A stretch of 64,000 nucleotides of DNA from an uncultured Acidobacteriota bacterium (lineage in GTDB: Bacteria; Acidobacteriota; Terriglobia; Acidiferrales; UBA7541), in contig CAWIAM010000015.1 in the NCBI GenBank assembly GCA_963834215.1, positions 43,881-107,880 on the forward strand. Reading direction: 5' to 3'. A program made the translations under genes and the position numbers. Within the stretch, counting starts at the first letter, position 1, and each line of letters starts with the position of its first letter. Below the pieces are notes generated by a model that saw nothing but the letters and a program-made list of their open reading frames with translations, ran no database searches and was not told the origin of the DNA. Below, in pieces: positions 43,111 through 55,784 of the stretch.

Positions 43111-45711
43111 ATGACGATGAGACGGGCGGCCACGGGTTCATCAGCAAGAAAGTTCAGCGCAGCGCTGGCAGTGTTGCTTCTTGCAGCGATCGTTGTGGCG
43201 GCTCCCCTCGCGCACTCCACGCCAACCGATGGCGATGTCGAGCAGCGCGTTCAAGCCATCCTCAACCGGATGACCCTCGAACAAAAAGTAGACATGATAG
43301 GCGGCTTTGAAGATTTTTACATCCGCGCCTATCCAGACCTCGGCGTGCCGCTACTCAGAATGTCCGACGGCCCGCTCGGAGTTCGCAATGCCGAGCCACC
43401 TTCCACCACAATGGCCGGCGGAATTTCCCTCGCAGCCTCTTGGGATCCCAAGCTCGCTGAACAAGAAGGTATCCAAATCGGCAGGGACGCTCGCGCGAGA
43501 GGCGTGCACTTCATGCTCGGTCCCGCCTTTAACATTTATCGCGCGCCGATGGATGGCCGCAATTTCGAATACATGGGCGAAGATCCATATCTCGCTGGAA
43601 AGATTGCGGTCGGATATATCGAGGGCATGCAAAGCCAGGGCGTAAGCGCCACGGCAAAGCATTTCGTTGCGAATAATTCTGAGTTCGACCGCCACAACAC
43701 GGATTCCATCGTTGACGAGCGCACCCTGCGCGAAATCTATCTCCCCGCCTTCGAGGCCGCGGTGAAAGAAGCACACGTGCGCGCGGTGATGGATTCTTAC
43801 AATTTGACGAACGGAAGCCACATGACGCAGAACGCTCCGCTCAATATTGACGTCCTGAAAAAGGAGTGGGGCTTCACCGGTATTCTCATGTCCGATTGGA
43901 CCTCTACCTACGACGCCGTCGCGGCTGCCAATGCAGGTCTGGACATCGAGATGCCCTCCGGAAAGCATATGAATCGCGACCAATTGCTTCCGGCGATCCA
44001 AAAGGGGTTGGTTTCCGTTGCAACGATTGACGACAAAGTGCGCCGGATTCTTCGTGTCGCGGTTGAGTTCGGCTGGCTCGACCGTGAGCAAGAAGACCTC
44101 ACCATCTCGCGCTACAACCGCGAAGGCGATCAGGTTGCTTTGCAGGTGGCGTGCGAAGGCGCCGTGCTGCTGAAAAATGATGGAAACTTGCTGCCACTCA
44201 AAAAAGACGATATCAAATCCGTTCTGGTCGTCGGTCCGGATGCGTATCCAGCGGTGCCGGTGGGCGGAGGTAGCGCTCGCGCGGTGCCGTTCCAGGCCGT
44301 CAGCTTTCTTCAGGGCATCAGCGACTATGTGGGAAACGCCGGTAACGTCTATTACAGTCCCGGCCTGCCCACTGTCGCACAACTGGCCGACAAAACATCG
44401 TTCTCTACGGCAGCGTCAGGTGGCAAGCCAGGCCTTCAGGCCCAATATTTCACGAATCCGGATTTGCAGGGTGAGCCGTACCTCTCGCGTATCGAGGAGC
44501 ACGTCAACTTCGGGGAGCCCAGCCGCACAAATTTACCGGACGAGTCGCTCTCTTCTCGATGGACCGGATATTACACGCCGCGCGCGGCCGGCAAGTTCGA
44601 TATCTTCGTCGGTTCCACGGGAGAAGACGGCGGCTACTATCGCACCTACGTGGACAACAAACTCGTCCTCGATGATTGGACGGTTTCCAAAGAACTGCTC
44701 GGCGTCGTGACGTTAACTTTCGACACGACCCCGCACAAAATCGTTCTCGAGCATCACGGCCACTCCCGCTGGCACGGTCGGCACCTTCGCATGGGGATCG
44801 TCGCCGAAGGCAGCTACGTTCTGCCGGACGCAAAGAAACTGGCGGCGACGGCGGATGTAGTTGTAGTCGCCGCCGGATTCGATCCCGACTCGGAAGCGGA
44901 AGGCGCGGATCGCACCTTCCATCTGCCGCCGGGACAGGATGAACTCATTCAGGCGATGTCCGCGGCAAACAAAAACGTGATCGTGCTGCTAACTTCGGGC
45001 GGCGGTGTCGATATGAACGCGTGGCTCGATCGCGTCCCGGCGCTTTTGCAGGTGTGGTATCCAGGCCAGGAAGGCGGCAAAGCGGCTGCTGAAATACTTT
45101 TTGGCGACGTCAATCCATCAGGTCGCCTGCCGGCAACTTTTGAACGCCGCTGGGAGGATAATCCCGTACACAATAGTTATTATCCGGCTGAGGGAACCAA
45201 TCGCGTCGTCTACAAGGAAGGAGTATTCGTTGGCTATCGCGGCTACGAGCACAACGGCAGCAAACCACTTTTTCCCTTCGGCTACGGCCTCTCCTACACC
45301 ACGTTCAAGTACGCGAATCTGACGATCAAGCCAGCGGACTCCAGCGCGAAACGCGATGGCCTGTCGGCACCGCTCCATGAAGTCTCGTTCGACGTGACCA
45401 ACACTGGCACGCGCGAGGGCGCCGACGTGGCTCAAGTGTATGTATCCGACCCGCAATCGCGAGTTCCCAGGCCCGCGAAGGAGTTGAAGGGTTTCGCCAG
45501 GATCGACTTGAAGCCGGGTGAAACGAAGACCGCGACCGTCACCCTCGATAGCCGCGCATTTGCATACTACGACACCGCGGCAAAGCAGTGGCGCACCGAT
45601 CCCACCGACTATAAAATTCTCGTGGGACGTTCCAGTCAGGATATTCAACTGCGCGGCGGTGTCACGTTGTCTGCGGCTGCGGTGGCTTCGGCCGCGCCAG
45701 GCAACAAGTAA
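43111..45711 (+). CDS. GH3 beta-glucosidase with inserted PA14 domain, exported
   Basis: ATG at 43111 (GAGAGGAG upstream) gives the signal peptide MTMRRAATGSSARKFSAALAVLLLAAIVVAAPLAHS. GH3 nucleotile-free call corrected: GH3 nucleophile region GFTGILMSDW. PA14-like GLQAQYFTNPDLQGEP...RWTGYYTP. C-terminal fibronectin-like domain. The ORF-track start at 42949 overlaps the TPR gene. Confidence 0.9.
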   Translation: MTMRRAATGSSARKFSAALAVLLLAAIVVAAPLAHSTPTDGDVEQRVQAILNRMTLEQKVDMIGGFEDFYIRAYPDLGVPLLRMSDGPLGVRNAEPPSTTMAGGISLAASWDPKLAEQEGIQIGRDARARGVHFMLGPAFNIYRAPMDGRNFEYMGEDPYLAGKIAVGYIEGMQSQGVSATAKHFVANNSEFDRHNTDSIVDERTLREIYLPAFEAAVKEAHVRAVMDSYNLTNGSHMTQNAPLNIDVLKKEWGFTGILMSDWTSTYDAVAAANAGLDIEMPSGKHMNRDQLLPAIQKGLVSVATIDDKVRRILRVAVEFGWLDREQEDLTISRYNREGDQVALQVACEGAVLLKNDGNLLPLKKDDIKSVLVVGPDAYPAVPVGGGSARAVPFQAVSFLQGISDYVGNAGNVYYSPGLPTVAQLADKTSFSTAASGGKPGLQAQYFTNPDLQGEPYLSRIEEHVNFGEPSRTNLPDESLSSRWTGYYTPRAAGKFDIFVGSTGEDGGYYRTYVDNKLVLDDWTVSKELLGVVTLTFDTTPHKIVLEHHGHSRWHGRHLRMGIVAEGSYVLPDAKKLAATADVVVVAAGFDPDSEAEGADRTFHLPPGQDELIQAMSAANKNVIVLLTSGGGVDMNAWLDRVPALLQVWYPGQEGGKAAAEILFGDVNPSGRLPATFERRWEDNPVHNSYYPAEGTNRVVYKEGVFVGYRGYEHNGSKPLFPFGYGLSYTTFKYANLTIKPADSSAKRDGLSAPLHEVSFDVTNTGTREGADVAQVYVSDPQSRVPRPAKELKGFARIDLKPGETKTATVTLDSRAFAYYDTAAKQWRTDPTDYKILVGRSSQDIQLRGGVTLSAAAVASAAPGNK

Positions 45712-45784
45712 CGAACGGCGCGATTTGTTCTGACGCCGCTCGATAAAAAACGGTTCAATTTCGCGCCCTGCGCATCGAATTCCT

Positions 45785-46291
45785 ATGACCATAGATCAAG
45801 ACCTCGAAAAGATCGCGCTGCAGGAAAAGCGGCTGCAATTTAAGCATTTTGATTCTGCCGTAGCGTGGGCGCTCGGCACCGCGCTTAAATCCGCCGCTGA
45901 AAAGCGCGGCGTGTCGGTGGCCATCGATATCCAACTCAGTGGCCAGACGATGTTTGCATATTCGATGCCCGGAATCACGCCCGACAATTGGGATTGGATT
46001 CGCCGCAAACGCAACGTCGTCCAACGCTATCATCGCAGTTCCTTCGCCATCGGCCTCACCCATCTGCGCAATCAGACCAATCTGCAAGACAAGGCGGGCC
46101 TGGACCTGAAAGACTACGCCGCGCATGGCGGATGCTTTCCGATTATTCTTGCAGGAACTGGATGCGTGGGCACGATCACCGCTTCCGGCCTGCCGCAGCG
46201 CGATGACCATAACCTGGTAGTCGGCGTGCTTCAGGAGTATCTACATCTAATGGGTGAAGATCTCGCGCTCGATTCTGCTCCAGCATCTTGA
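45785..46291 (+). CDS. UPF0303/heme-degrading-domain-like protein
   Basis: 168 aa. ...HGGCFPI...GTITASGLPQRDDHNLVV... resembles the UPF0303 (COG4702) family. Confidence 0.65.
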   Translation: MTIDQDLEKIALQEKRLQFKHFDSAVAWALGTALKSAAEKRGVSVAIDIQLSGQTMFAYSMPGITPDNWDWIRRKRNVVQRYHRSSFAIGLTHLRNQTNLQDKAGLDLKDYAAHGGCFPIILAGTGCVGTITASGLPQRDDHNLVVGVLQEYLHLMGEDLALDSAPAS

Positions 46292-46326
46292 GCGTCCCTA
46301 CCCGCCCGCGTTCTTGGAGACCATGA

Positions 46327-48530
<2,204 letters not shown>

Positions 48531-48747
48531 ATCGTGGCGTTGGACGGGCGCGAACGAGCACTTGTCCAAAATTGCAGAGCAATTTCGCGCGCAAATCACG
48601 CGAATCCGTGAGGCGATTTTCGTTTGTTACAGTTCTGTGAATACGTCCGTGCGAACATCGCCCATCAGGTTCATATCTCTTGACAAAAAAATCCGGTAAG
48701 CCTAAGTAATAGGTGTCTCTCGGCACCGGGTTCAACTGGGGGTTCTC

Positions 48748-51700
48748 GTGGCGCAGACGTCTCGCAGAGACTTCTTCAAAATAGCAGGTGTCGGCGGTGT
48801 TGCCGCCACCGTCTTCGGATTCGACCTCAAACCTGCATACGCCCAACTCAAGGAATTGAAAATCGCGCGCGCCGCGGAGACACGCTCCACCTGTCCTTAT
48901 TGCGCGGTGGGCTGCGGCGTCCTCATCTACACCATCGGTGACCGCGCGAAGAATGTCACCCCACAGGTGATCCACGTCGAAGGCGATCCCGACCATCCGA
49001 CCAATCGCGGGACGCTCTGCCCGAAGGGCTCTTCACTCGAGCAGGACATGCTCAACCCGCGCCGTCTCACGAAGCCACAAGTGCGGCGCCCCGGTGGTAC
49101 GGAGTGGCAGGACATTTCCTGGGATGACGCACTCAGTGAGATTGCGCAGTGGACTAAGAAAATGCGCGACGCTTCTTTCATCGATAAGGATGCCAATGGC
49201 CGCACTGTGAACCGTTGCGAAGGCATCTCCTTCATCGGCGGCTGCACCGACACGAACGAATTCAATTATCTGGTAGTGAAGACAATGAGGAGTTTGGGCT
49301 TGGTGTATTTAGAAAACCAAGCCCGTGTTTGACACGGCCCCACGGTCTCAAGTTTGGGACCAACATTCGGACGCGGGGCGATGACCAATGGCTGGATCGA
49401 CATCAAGAACACCGACATGATGTTGATCATGGGCGGCAATCCAGCCGAAAATCATCCCTGCGGATTCAAGTGGGCGATGGAGGCCAAGCGTAACCGCAAC
49501 GCCAAGCTGATTTCCGTAGACCCGCGATTCACCCGCACCTCATCCACCGCCGATCTCTTCGTGCAAATTCGCGCCGGCACCGACATTGCCTTCCTCGGCG
49601 GCCTGATCCGCTACGCGATTGAAAACAACCGGATCGCCAAAGATTATCTGGTCAACTACACGAATGCCGCGTTCATCGTCAAGGAAGGATTCAAATTGCC
49701 GGAAGACGGGCTGTATTCGGGTTTCAATTCAGAGGCCGGCACCTATGACAAAACCACTTGGAATTATGAGGAAGGCGGAGACTTCAGCGGAAAGACGGAA
49801 GCCGCCGACGCCGCGGGTCACGCGCCCGAAGCCGCGCCAGCCAAACCTGGCGGACCAACGCCGCCTCCAACTCTGCCGCCGAACGCAGCTTACGATTTGA
49901 CGCTGCAGCATCCGCGGTGCGTATTCCAACTGATGAAGAAGCAATACTCGCGCTACACGCCGGAAACCGTCGAACGCATCACGGGGATTCCGAAGGATCA
50001 GTACCTGAAGGCCGCGGACCTGTTCACGTCCGTCCGCAAAGACGGCGACATGAAGAAGGTGGCCACGATCATCTACGCTGTCGGCTGGACCCAGCACACT
50101 TTTGGAACCCAAATCATCCGCACCGCGGCGATGATCCAACTTCTGCTGGGCAACGTCGGAAGAGCCGGCGGTGGCGTAAACGCGCTGCGCGGCCACTCGA
50201 ATATTCAAGGCGCCACGGACATGGCTGGTTTGTTCGACAGCTTGCCTGGCTACTTAAAGATACCCCTTCCCGCTGACATCGACCTGCAGACCTACCTGAA
50301 GCGAGTTACGCCGACGGCTTCGAAACCCTCTCCCTGGGATTCGATGAACTATTACTCGAACACTCCGAAATTTTTCGTCTCGCTCATGAAGGCGATGTAC
50401 GGTGACGCGGCTACGAAGGAAAACGGATTCGCGTTCGATTACCTCCCGAAGCCTGACCGCGATTATTCCTGGACCCACATCTGGGACGACATGTACAACG
50501 GCAAAGTGAAGGGCATGTTTGCCTTCGGCATGAACGGTGTGATGATCGGCCCGGACACGAACAAGAACATCAACGCCCTGAAGAAGGCTGATTGGCTGGT
50601 AGTCGGCGAAATTTATCCCGATGAGACCAGCGAATTCTGGCGGGCCCCGGGAATCACGACCGACGAGCAAAAAACGATCAACACGACCGTATACCGCCTG
50701 CCCTGCGCGGGTTTTGCCGAAAAAGACGGAAGCATGACCAACTCCGCGCGCTGGGTCACCTGGAAATACGCCGCAGTCCCTCCTCCCGGTGAAGCGCGGC
50801 TCGACCAGGATATCGTCGCGCAGATTTTCTTGCGCGTCCGGGACCTCTACAAGAAAGAGGGCGGGAAATTTCCCGACGCCATCCTGAATCTCAATTGGGC
50901 GTACGCGGACGCGGAGCACCCGCCGCTGGCGCAAGCGGCCATGGAAATCAATGGGAAAGCGCTGGCGGACTTGAAAGACGACAAGACCGGACAAGTAGTC
51001 CTCAAAGCAGGCCAGCAGTTGCCCGGTTTTGCAATGCTGAAAGACGACGGCACCACAATGTGTGGCAATTGGATTTACTCCGGCATGTGGACCGAAGCCG
51101 GGTCGCAGACACAGCGCCGCGGCACCGAAGATCCCTCCGGTATGGGTGTCTATCAGAACTGGGCATGGTCGTGGCCTGCTAATCGCAGGGTTCTCTACAA
51201 CCGCGCTTCCTGCAACCTGGATGGCAAGCCGTGGGACCCCGAACGCAAACAGGTATGGTGGAATGAAGCGGCCGGAAAATGGGTCGGTAATGACGTGCCG
51301 GACTTCAAAGCCGACTCCCATCCGAAAGACCACTTGGGCCCATTCATCATGAACCCCGAAGGCGTGGGCCGCTTGTTTGCTCCCATTGGAGTCCTTGCGG
51401 ATGGACCATTCCCCGAACATTACGAACCGATCGAAAGCCCGACCAAGAATCTGTTTCACCCGGAGCAGTCAAGTAATCCTCTGGTGAAGAAGTTCAAGAC
51501 GCCTTACGACAAGTTCGGAACTCCCGAAGAGTTCAGCATCGTATGCACTACTTACCGGCTCACCGAGCAATATCACTACTGGACCAAGAACAATCCGATG
51601 AACGTCCAGCTGATCCCCGAGCCGTTCGTCGAAATTCCCGTCGAGCTAGCGGAAGAAAAGGGCATCCGCCCGACGGATATGATCAACGTCATCAGCGCGC

Positions 51701-51933
51701 GCGGGACCTACACCGCGAAAGCCTTCGTCACCCGCCGCCTGAAGCCGATGATGATTGACGGAAAAAAGGTCTATCAAATCGGATTGCCGATTCACCAAGG
51801 CTATCGCGGGATCGTCGAGGATGAACATAAAGACGCGCGCACTCCCGCCAACCTGCTGACGCCCGCGGTCACCGATCCGAACGCCCACACGCCCGAGTCC
51901 AAGGGCTTCCTCGTAAAAGTCGAGAAGGCGTAG
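48748..51933 (+). CDS. fdnG: Formate dehydrogenase-N-type catalytic subunit, selenocysteine-containing (TGA at 49330-49332 read as Sec)
   Basis: ORFs 48748..49332 and 49354..51933 are one reading frame joined through TGA. ...LENQARV-U-HGPTVSSLGPTFGRGAMTNGWIDIKN matches the conserved ARVUHGPTV...TFGRGAMTN block of FdnG/FdoG. Tat signal SRRDFFKIAG. 4Fe-4S motif CPYCAVGCG. Confidence 0.9.
49344..49361 (+). promoter_or_regulatory. Candidate SECIS hairpin downstream of the Sec UGA
   Basis: GGUCUC-AAGUUU-GGGACC (6-bp stem including one G-U pair) begins 12 nt after the UGA. Position and size are compatible with bacterial SECIS elements. The structure was not computed. Confidence 0.35.
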
Positions 51934-51942
51934 GGAGCAAAG

Positions 51943-52833
51943 ATGAGCCAGGCAGCAACAGAAATCATCAGAATCTCAGGCCATGCCGGCACCGTCCCGG
52001 GTGCTGGGCTGAACCGCGAATTCCAGGTCTGCAAGCTGGTGGATACGACTACCTGCATCGGCTGCAAAGCCTGCGAAGTCGCGTGCCTCGAGTGGAACGG
52101 CTACACCTTCAGCGAAACCACCTTCGACAATTCTTATCAGACCATGCCGGAAACGGCCTGGAATTATTGGAACCTCATCAAATTCAACGAGCACGAGCGC
52201 GATGACGGCACCATGATGCTGCTCATGCGTAAAGATCAGTGCATGCATTGCGAGGACCCCGGCTGCCTCGATGCGTGCCCTGCGGATGCCGCGATCGTTC
52301 AATATGCCAACGGCATTGTGGATTTTCAGGAAGCCAACTGCATCGGCTGCGGTTACTGCATCACCGGTTGCCCGTTCAATATTCCGAAATTCAGTCCGAC
52401 CGCCCACAAAGTTTTCAAATGCACGCTATGCAATGACCGCGTCTCGGTAGGACTCGAGCCGGCCTGCATCAAGACCTGCCCCACCGGCTGTCTGCATTTT
52501 GGTACGAAGTCCGAAATGAAAGAACTTGCAGAAACACGCGCGGAGCAACTTCGCTCGCAATCCGGCTTCCCCGATGCCGGCGTCTACGATCCCTCGGGCG
52601 TTGGCGGCACGCACGTCATTTACGTTCTGCACGACGCCAAGAATCCCGAGCTTTATGGCGGCCTGCCGAGAGACCCGCACGTTCCCTGGTCGGTAAAGCT
52701 GTGGAAGGGCCCGTTGAAGTGGCTGGGAAATTTGGCGATTGTCGGCGGAATAGTGGGCCTCGCGTGGCATTACATGCGTTTCGGGCCCAAGAAGGAAGAA
52801 GAAATCAAACCGGATGACAGGAGGCAGCCATGA
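51943..52833 (+). CDS. fdnH: Formate dehydrogenase iron-sulfur (beta) subunit
   Basis: Four ferredoxin-type Cys clusters (CIGCKACEVAC, CMHCEDPGC, CIGCGYCITGC, CTLCNDR...C...C) and a C-terminal TM helix. Confidence 0.9.
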   Translation: MSQAATEIIRISGHAGTVPGAGLNREFQVCKLVDTTTCIGCKACEVACLEWNGYTFSETTFDNSYQTMPETAWNYWNLIKFNEHERDDGTMMLLMRKDQCMHCEDPGCLDACPADAAIVQYANGIVDFQEANCIGCGYCITGCPFNIPKFSPTAHKVFKCTLCNDRVSVGLEPACIKTCPTGCLHFGTKSEMKELAETRAEQLRSQSGFPDAGVYDPSGVGGTHVIYVLHDAKNPELYGGLPRDPHVPWSVKLWKGPLKWLGNLAIVGGIVGLAWHYMRFGPKKEEEIKPDDRRQP

Positions 52834-53507
52834 GCACCGGCGCTGTTTCGCATCCGAATACCGCCAGCCACAACGAGGACTTAGTTCCGCGCTATTCTTT
52901 CGGCGAGCGTGCGAATCACTGGATCGGCGCGCTCGCTTATATCTATCTGCTCATCACTGGCCTCGCCTTCTGGTCACCGTATCTCTTTTGGCTCGCGGTG
53001 ATAGTCGGCGGCGGCCCCACCGCGCGGTTCTGGCATCCTTGGTTAGGGCTGGTTTTCACAGCATCGCTCTTCTGGACCTTCAAAGAATGGCGCCGCGATA
53101 TGCAGATGACGGAAGACGATCGCCGCTGGGGCAAGGCGATCCCCTACTACATCGAGAACGAAGACGATAAGCTGCCGCCGCAGGGGCGATTCAACTACGG
53201 ACAGAAGCTTTTCTTCTGGGGAATTTTCTACAGCGTAATTCTGTTGCTGCTCTCCGGAATCGTCTTGTGGGAAACCGATTTGGTTCCCTGGGACCTGCGG
53301 TTTCTGCGGTATACGGCAGTCTTGATTCACGTGAGCGTCGCGCTCATCACCATCGGCTTGTTCCTCATTCACGTGTACATGAGCGCGATCTTGGAAGAGG
53401 GCAGCTTCGGCTCCATGATTCACGGCTATGTGACACGCGCCTGGGCCTGGACATTCCATCGCACGTGGTACTACGAGGTCACCGGCAGATCCCGTCCCAA
53501 ACAATGA
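52830..53507 (+). CDS. fdnI: Formate dehydrogenase cytochrome b556 (gamma) subunit
   Basis: 225 aa with four TM helices and conserved His residues (ANHWIGA, RFWHPW, LIHVSVA, IHVYMS). ATGA overlap with fdnH. Confidence 0.85.
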   Translation: MSTGAVSHPNTASHNEDLVPRYSFGERANHWIGALAYIYLLITGLAFWSPYLFWLAVIVGGGPTARFWHPWLGLVFTASLFWTFKEWRRDMQMTEDDRRWGKAIPYYIENEDDKLPPQGRFNYGQKLFFWGIFYSVILLLLSGIVLWETDLVPWDLRFLRYTAVLIHVSVALITIGLFLIHVYMSAILEEGSFGSMIHGYVTRAWAWTFHRTWYYEVTGRSRPKQ

Positions 53508-54364
53508 TCGGTGCCAAGTGGGACCGCCGCATCCGTCGCGCCACGGAACTAACCTCGACGCATCCATTTGCCGCCGAAGGCCTGCGCTTTTACACTCGCA
53601 TTGCGACTTTTCAGCGAAGCCTCTACGCGGACATTCAAAAAGCTCTGACAGGCGCGGCGAAGGCTCCCGCCGATCGCCCCCTGCGCGACGAGATGGATCT
53701 TTTTCTTCTCCTGCCAAAATTTTCCGGATTTCTATCCATTGTTCAGCAAGCTGCGCCACCGCCCCTCGCGCGGGCCGCTTCCGCATTAGCGCAGAAGGGT
53801 CCGGCGGCGTGGCAGCGGGTCATCGAAGTTTTTTGGCACGGGGATATGGAGATTGCGCTGGTCGCCGCAGGCGCGCTAGAAGATGCTCAATCGGGCGACC
53901 CCTCGGAGCCTAGCGCCACCGACCAATTGCTAGCGTGGATTTTTCTCCAACCCTACGCCGAGTATCTCGCCGATTCACGCGAACCCGAACATCTCGATGG
54001 CACTCCATCGACTTGCCCGCTTTGCGGCGGCAAACCGATCGTCGGCGTCTTGCGGCCCGAGGGCGATGGCGCGAAGAAATCGCTCGTCTGTATGTTATGC
54101 GCGCACGAATGGGCTTTTCGCAGGATTTATTGTCCAGCTTGTGGAGAGGAAAGAGAGCCGCAGATGGCGTTTTATTCAGCCCCAGAAATCGCCCACGTCC
54201 GCGTGGACGTCTGCGACACGTGCCACACCTACCTGAAGAGCATAGACCTGACCAAGATGGGTCTGGCCGTTCCGTTAGTGGACGAACTGGCGACTATACC
54301 TCTTGACCTGTGGGCCCGCGAACACGGTTACGAAAAACTGCAAATCAATCTGCTCGGAACTTGA
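53504..54364 (+). CDS. fdhE: Formate dehydrogenase accessory protein FdhE
   Basis: The Cys pairs CPLCGG...CMLCAHEW...CPACGE...CDTCHTYLK are typical of FdhE. The ATG at 53504 overlaps the fdnI stop (ATGA). The ORF-track start at 53267 lies inside fdnI. Confidence 0.85.
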   Translation: MIGAKWDRRIRRATELTSTHPFAAEGLRFYTRIATFQRSLYADIQKALTGAAKAPADRPLRDEMDLFLLLPKFSGFLSIVQQAAPPPLARAASALAQKGPAAWQRVIEVFWHGDMEIALVAAGALEDAQSGDPSEPSATDQLLAWIFLQPYAEYLADSREPEHLDGTPSTCPLCGGKPIVGVLRPEGDGAKKSLVCMLCAHEWAFRRIYCPACGEEREPQMAFYSAPEIAHVRVDVCDTCHTYLKSIDLTKMGLAVPLVDELATIPLDLWAREHGYEKLQINLLGT

Positions 54365-54380
54365 TCAACCAAACTGGACG

Positions 54381-55784
54381 TTACTGTTCCCACCCGCCGC
54401 CCAACGCATTATATATATGAACCAAGTCGTTCAATTCATTCGATCGCGCCTGCGCCAGAGTGAGTTCTGCCGAAAAATAGTTCGTATCGTTCGTCAAAAC
54501 CTCTAGATAGCTCGCCACTCCGTTCTTGTAACGTATGTCCGCAAGCCGCGTGGCGTCTTCCGCCGAAGCCGTCAGCAATTCCTGCTGCTCGCGATACTCT
54601 CTATCTTTTTGATAAGCGATCAGCGAATCCGAAACATCTCGAAACGCCTGCTGAATCGTCTGCTGATACGTCAGCAGCGCTTGTTGTTGTCGCGCTTCGG
54701 CCAGCTTCACGTTTGAATGAATCTTCCCGGCGGTAAAAATGGGCTGCGTGAGCGCGGGTCCAAAATTCCACAGCCCAGCAGGCCCGCTAAATAGCCGCGC
54801 GAGCGCATCGCTCTGAAAGCCAGCCGTGCCCGTCAACGAAATGTCCGGAAAATAGGCCGCTTTCGCCACGCCAATTTCCGCATTCGCGGCGATCAATTGC
54901 TGTTCGGATTGCCGGATGTCCGGTCGGCGCTCCAGCAAAGCAGAAGGCAGTCCGGCCGGTACGGTAGGCGAATGAGGCTGGTCGGTCAGTTTGAGCCCGC
55001 GCGGAATCGGCCCAGGATTGTGCCCCATCAAAGTGCTGATCAAATTCTCCTGCTGCTGAATGTCGCGCTCGAGTTCCGGAATCGTCTCAGACGCTGTATA
55101 CACAAGCTGCTCGCCTTGGCGAACGTCCACGAGCGAAGCGGAGCCGTGCTCTTCGAGCGCCTGCGTCAGCTTCAATGAATCCTGGCGCGAAGCCAGCGTC
55201 CGTTGCGAAATGTCGAGTTCGAGGTCAAGCGCACGAAGCTGAAAATAGGCGCTCGCCACATTCGAAACGAGCGTGCTGATAACGGCCCGCTGGCCCCACT
55301 CGCTCGCCACCAAATTTGCGCGCGCCGCCTCGGTCGCTCTGCGATACTTGCCCCAAAAATCGAGCTCCCATGCTGCGGAAAGCGTGACCTGGCCGGTATT
55401 CAGCTCGTACGCGGGAAAAATTGTCGTCAGAGGCTCGCGCGTGGAATTGATGTCCGCTTCGGCGCCCAAAGTTGGAAATTGATCCGCGCGCGTGATTCCC
55501 AACTGCGCTTGCGCCTGCAGAACGCGCGTAGCCGCAATGCGAACGTCGTAGTTTTGCTGCAACGCCGTACGAATCAGGCCCTGCAATTCCGGGTCCTGGA
55601 AAACCGTCCACCACTTTGCATTGCCCAAGGATTCCGGCGTGGGTCCGGAAACAGCGTTGGTCGGATCCGCGCGATAAGCGCTCGGCACATCCACATTCGG
55701 CCGCCTGTAGTTGGGTCCGACGGTGCAACCCGTCAACGACAGCGCCACGATCCCCGCGAGTACGGAGCGCCCATGTCGCATCAT
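54381..55784 (-). CDS. NodT-family outer-membrane efflux lipoprotein
   Basis: Lipobox LSLTGC followed by TVGPNYRRP, the hallmark NodT/OprM N-terminus. 467 aa. ATGA overlap with the RND gene. Confidence 0.9.
   Translation of the reverse strand: MMRHGRSVLAGIVALSLTGCTVGPNYRRPNVDVPSAYRADPTNAVSGPTPESLGNAKWWTVFQDPELQGLIRTALQQNYDVRIAATRVLQAQAQLGITRADQFPTLGAEADINSTREPLTTIFPAYELNTGQVTLSAAWELDFWGKYRRATEAARANLVASEWGQRAVISTLVSNVASAYFQLRALDLELDISQRTLASRQDSLKLTQALEEHGSASLVDVRQGEQLVYTASETIPELERDIQQQENLISTLMGHNPGPIPRGLKLTDQPHSPTVPAGLPSALLERRPDIRQSEQQLIAANAEIGVAKAAYFPDISLTGTAGFQSDALARLFSGPAGLWNFGPALTQPIFTAGKIHSNVKLAEARQQQALLTYQQTIQQAFRDVSDSLIAYQKDREYREQQELLTASAEDATRLADIRYKNGVASYLEVLTNDTNYFSAELTLAQARSNELNDLVHIYNALGGGWEQ

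Noticed and set aside
48680-48710. Possible sigma-70 promoter TTGACA-N19-AGTAAT upstream of fdnG
   Set aside because: The -35 is perfect, but the spacer is long and the -10 is only 4/6. This is not strong enough to report as a feature.
49330-49332. TGA interpreted as a true stop, making fdnG a split pseudogene
   Set aside because: The flanking sequence reproduces the conserved ARV-U-HGPTV Sec active-site block, both halves are in the same frame, and a hairpin follows at SECIS distance.
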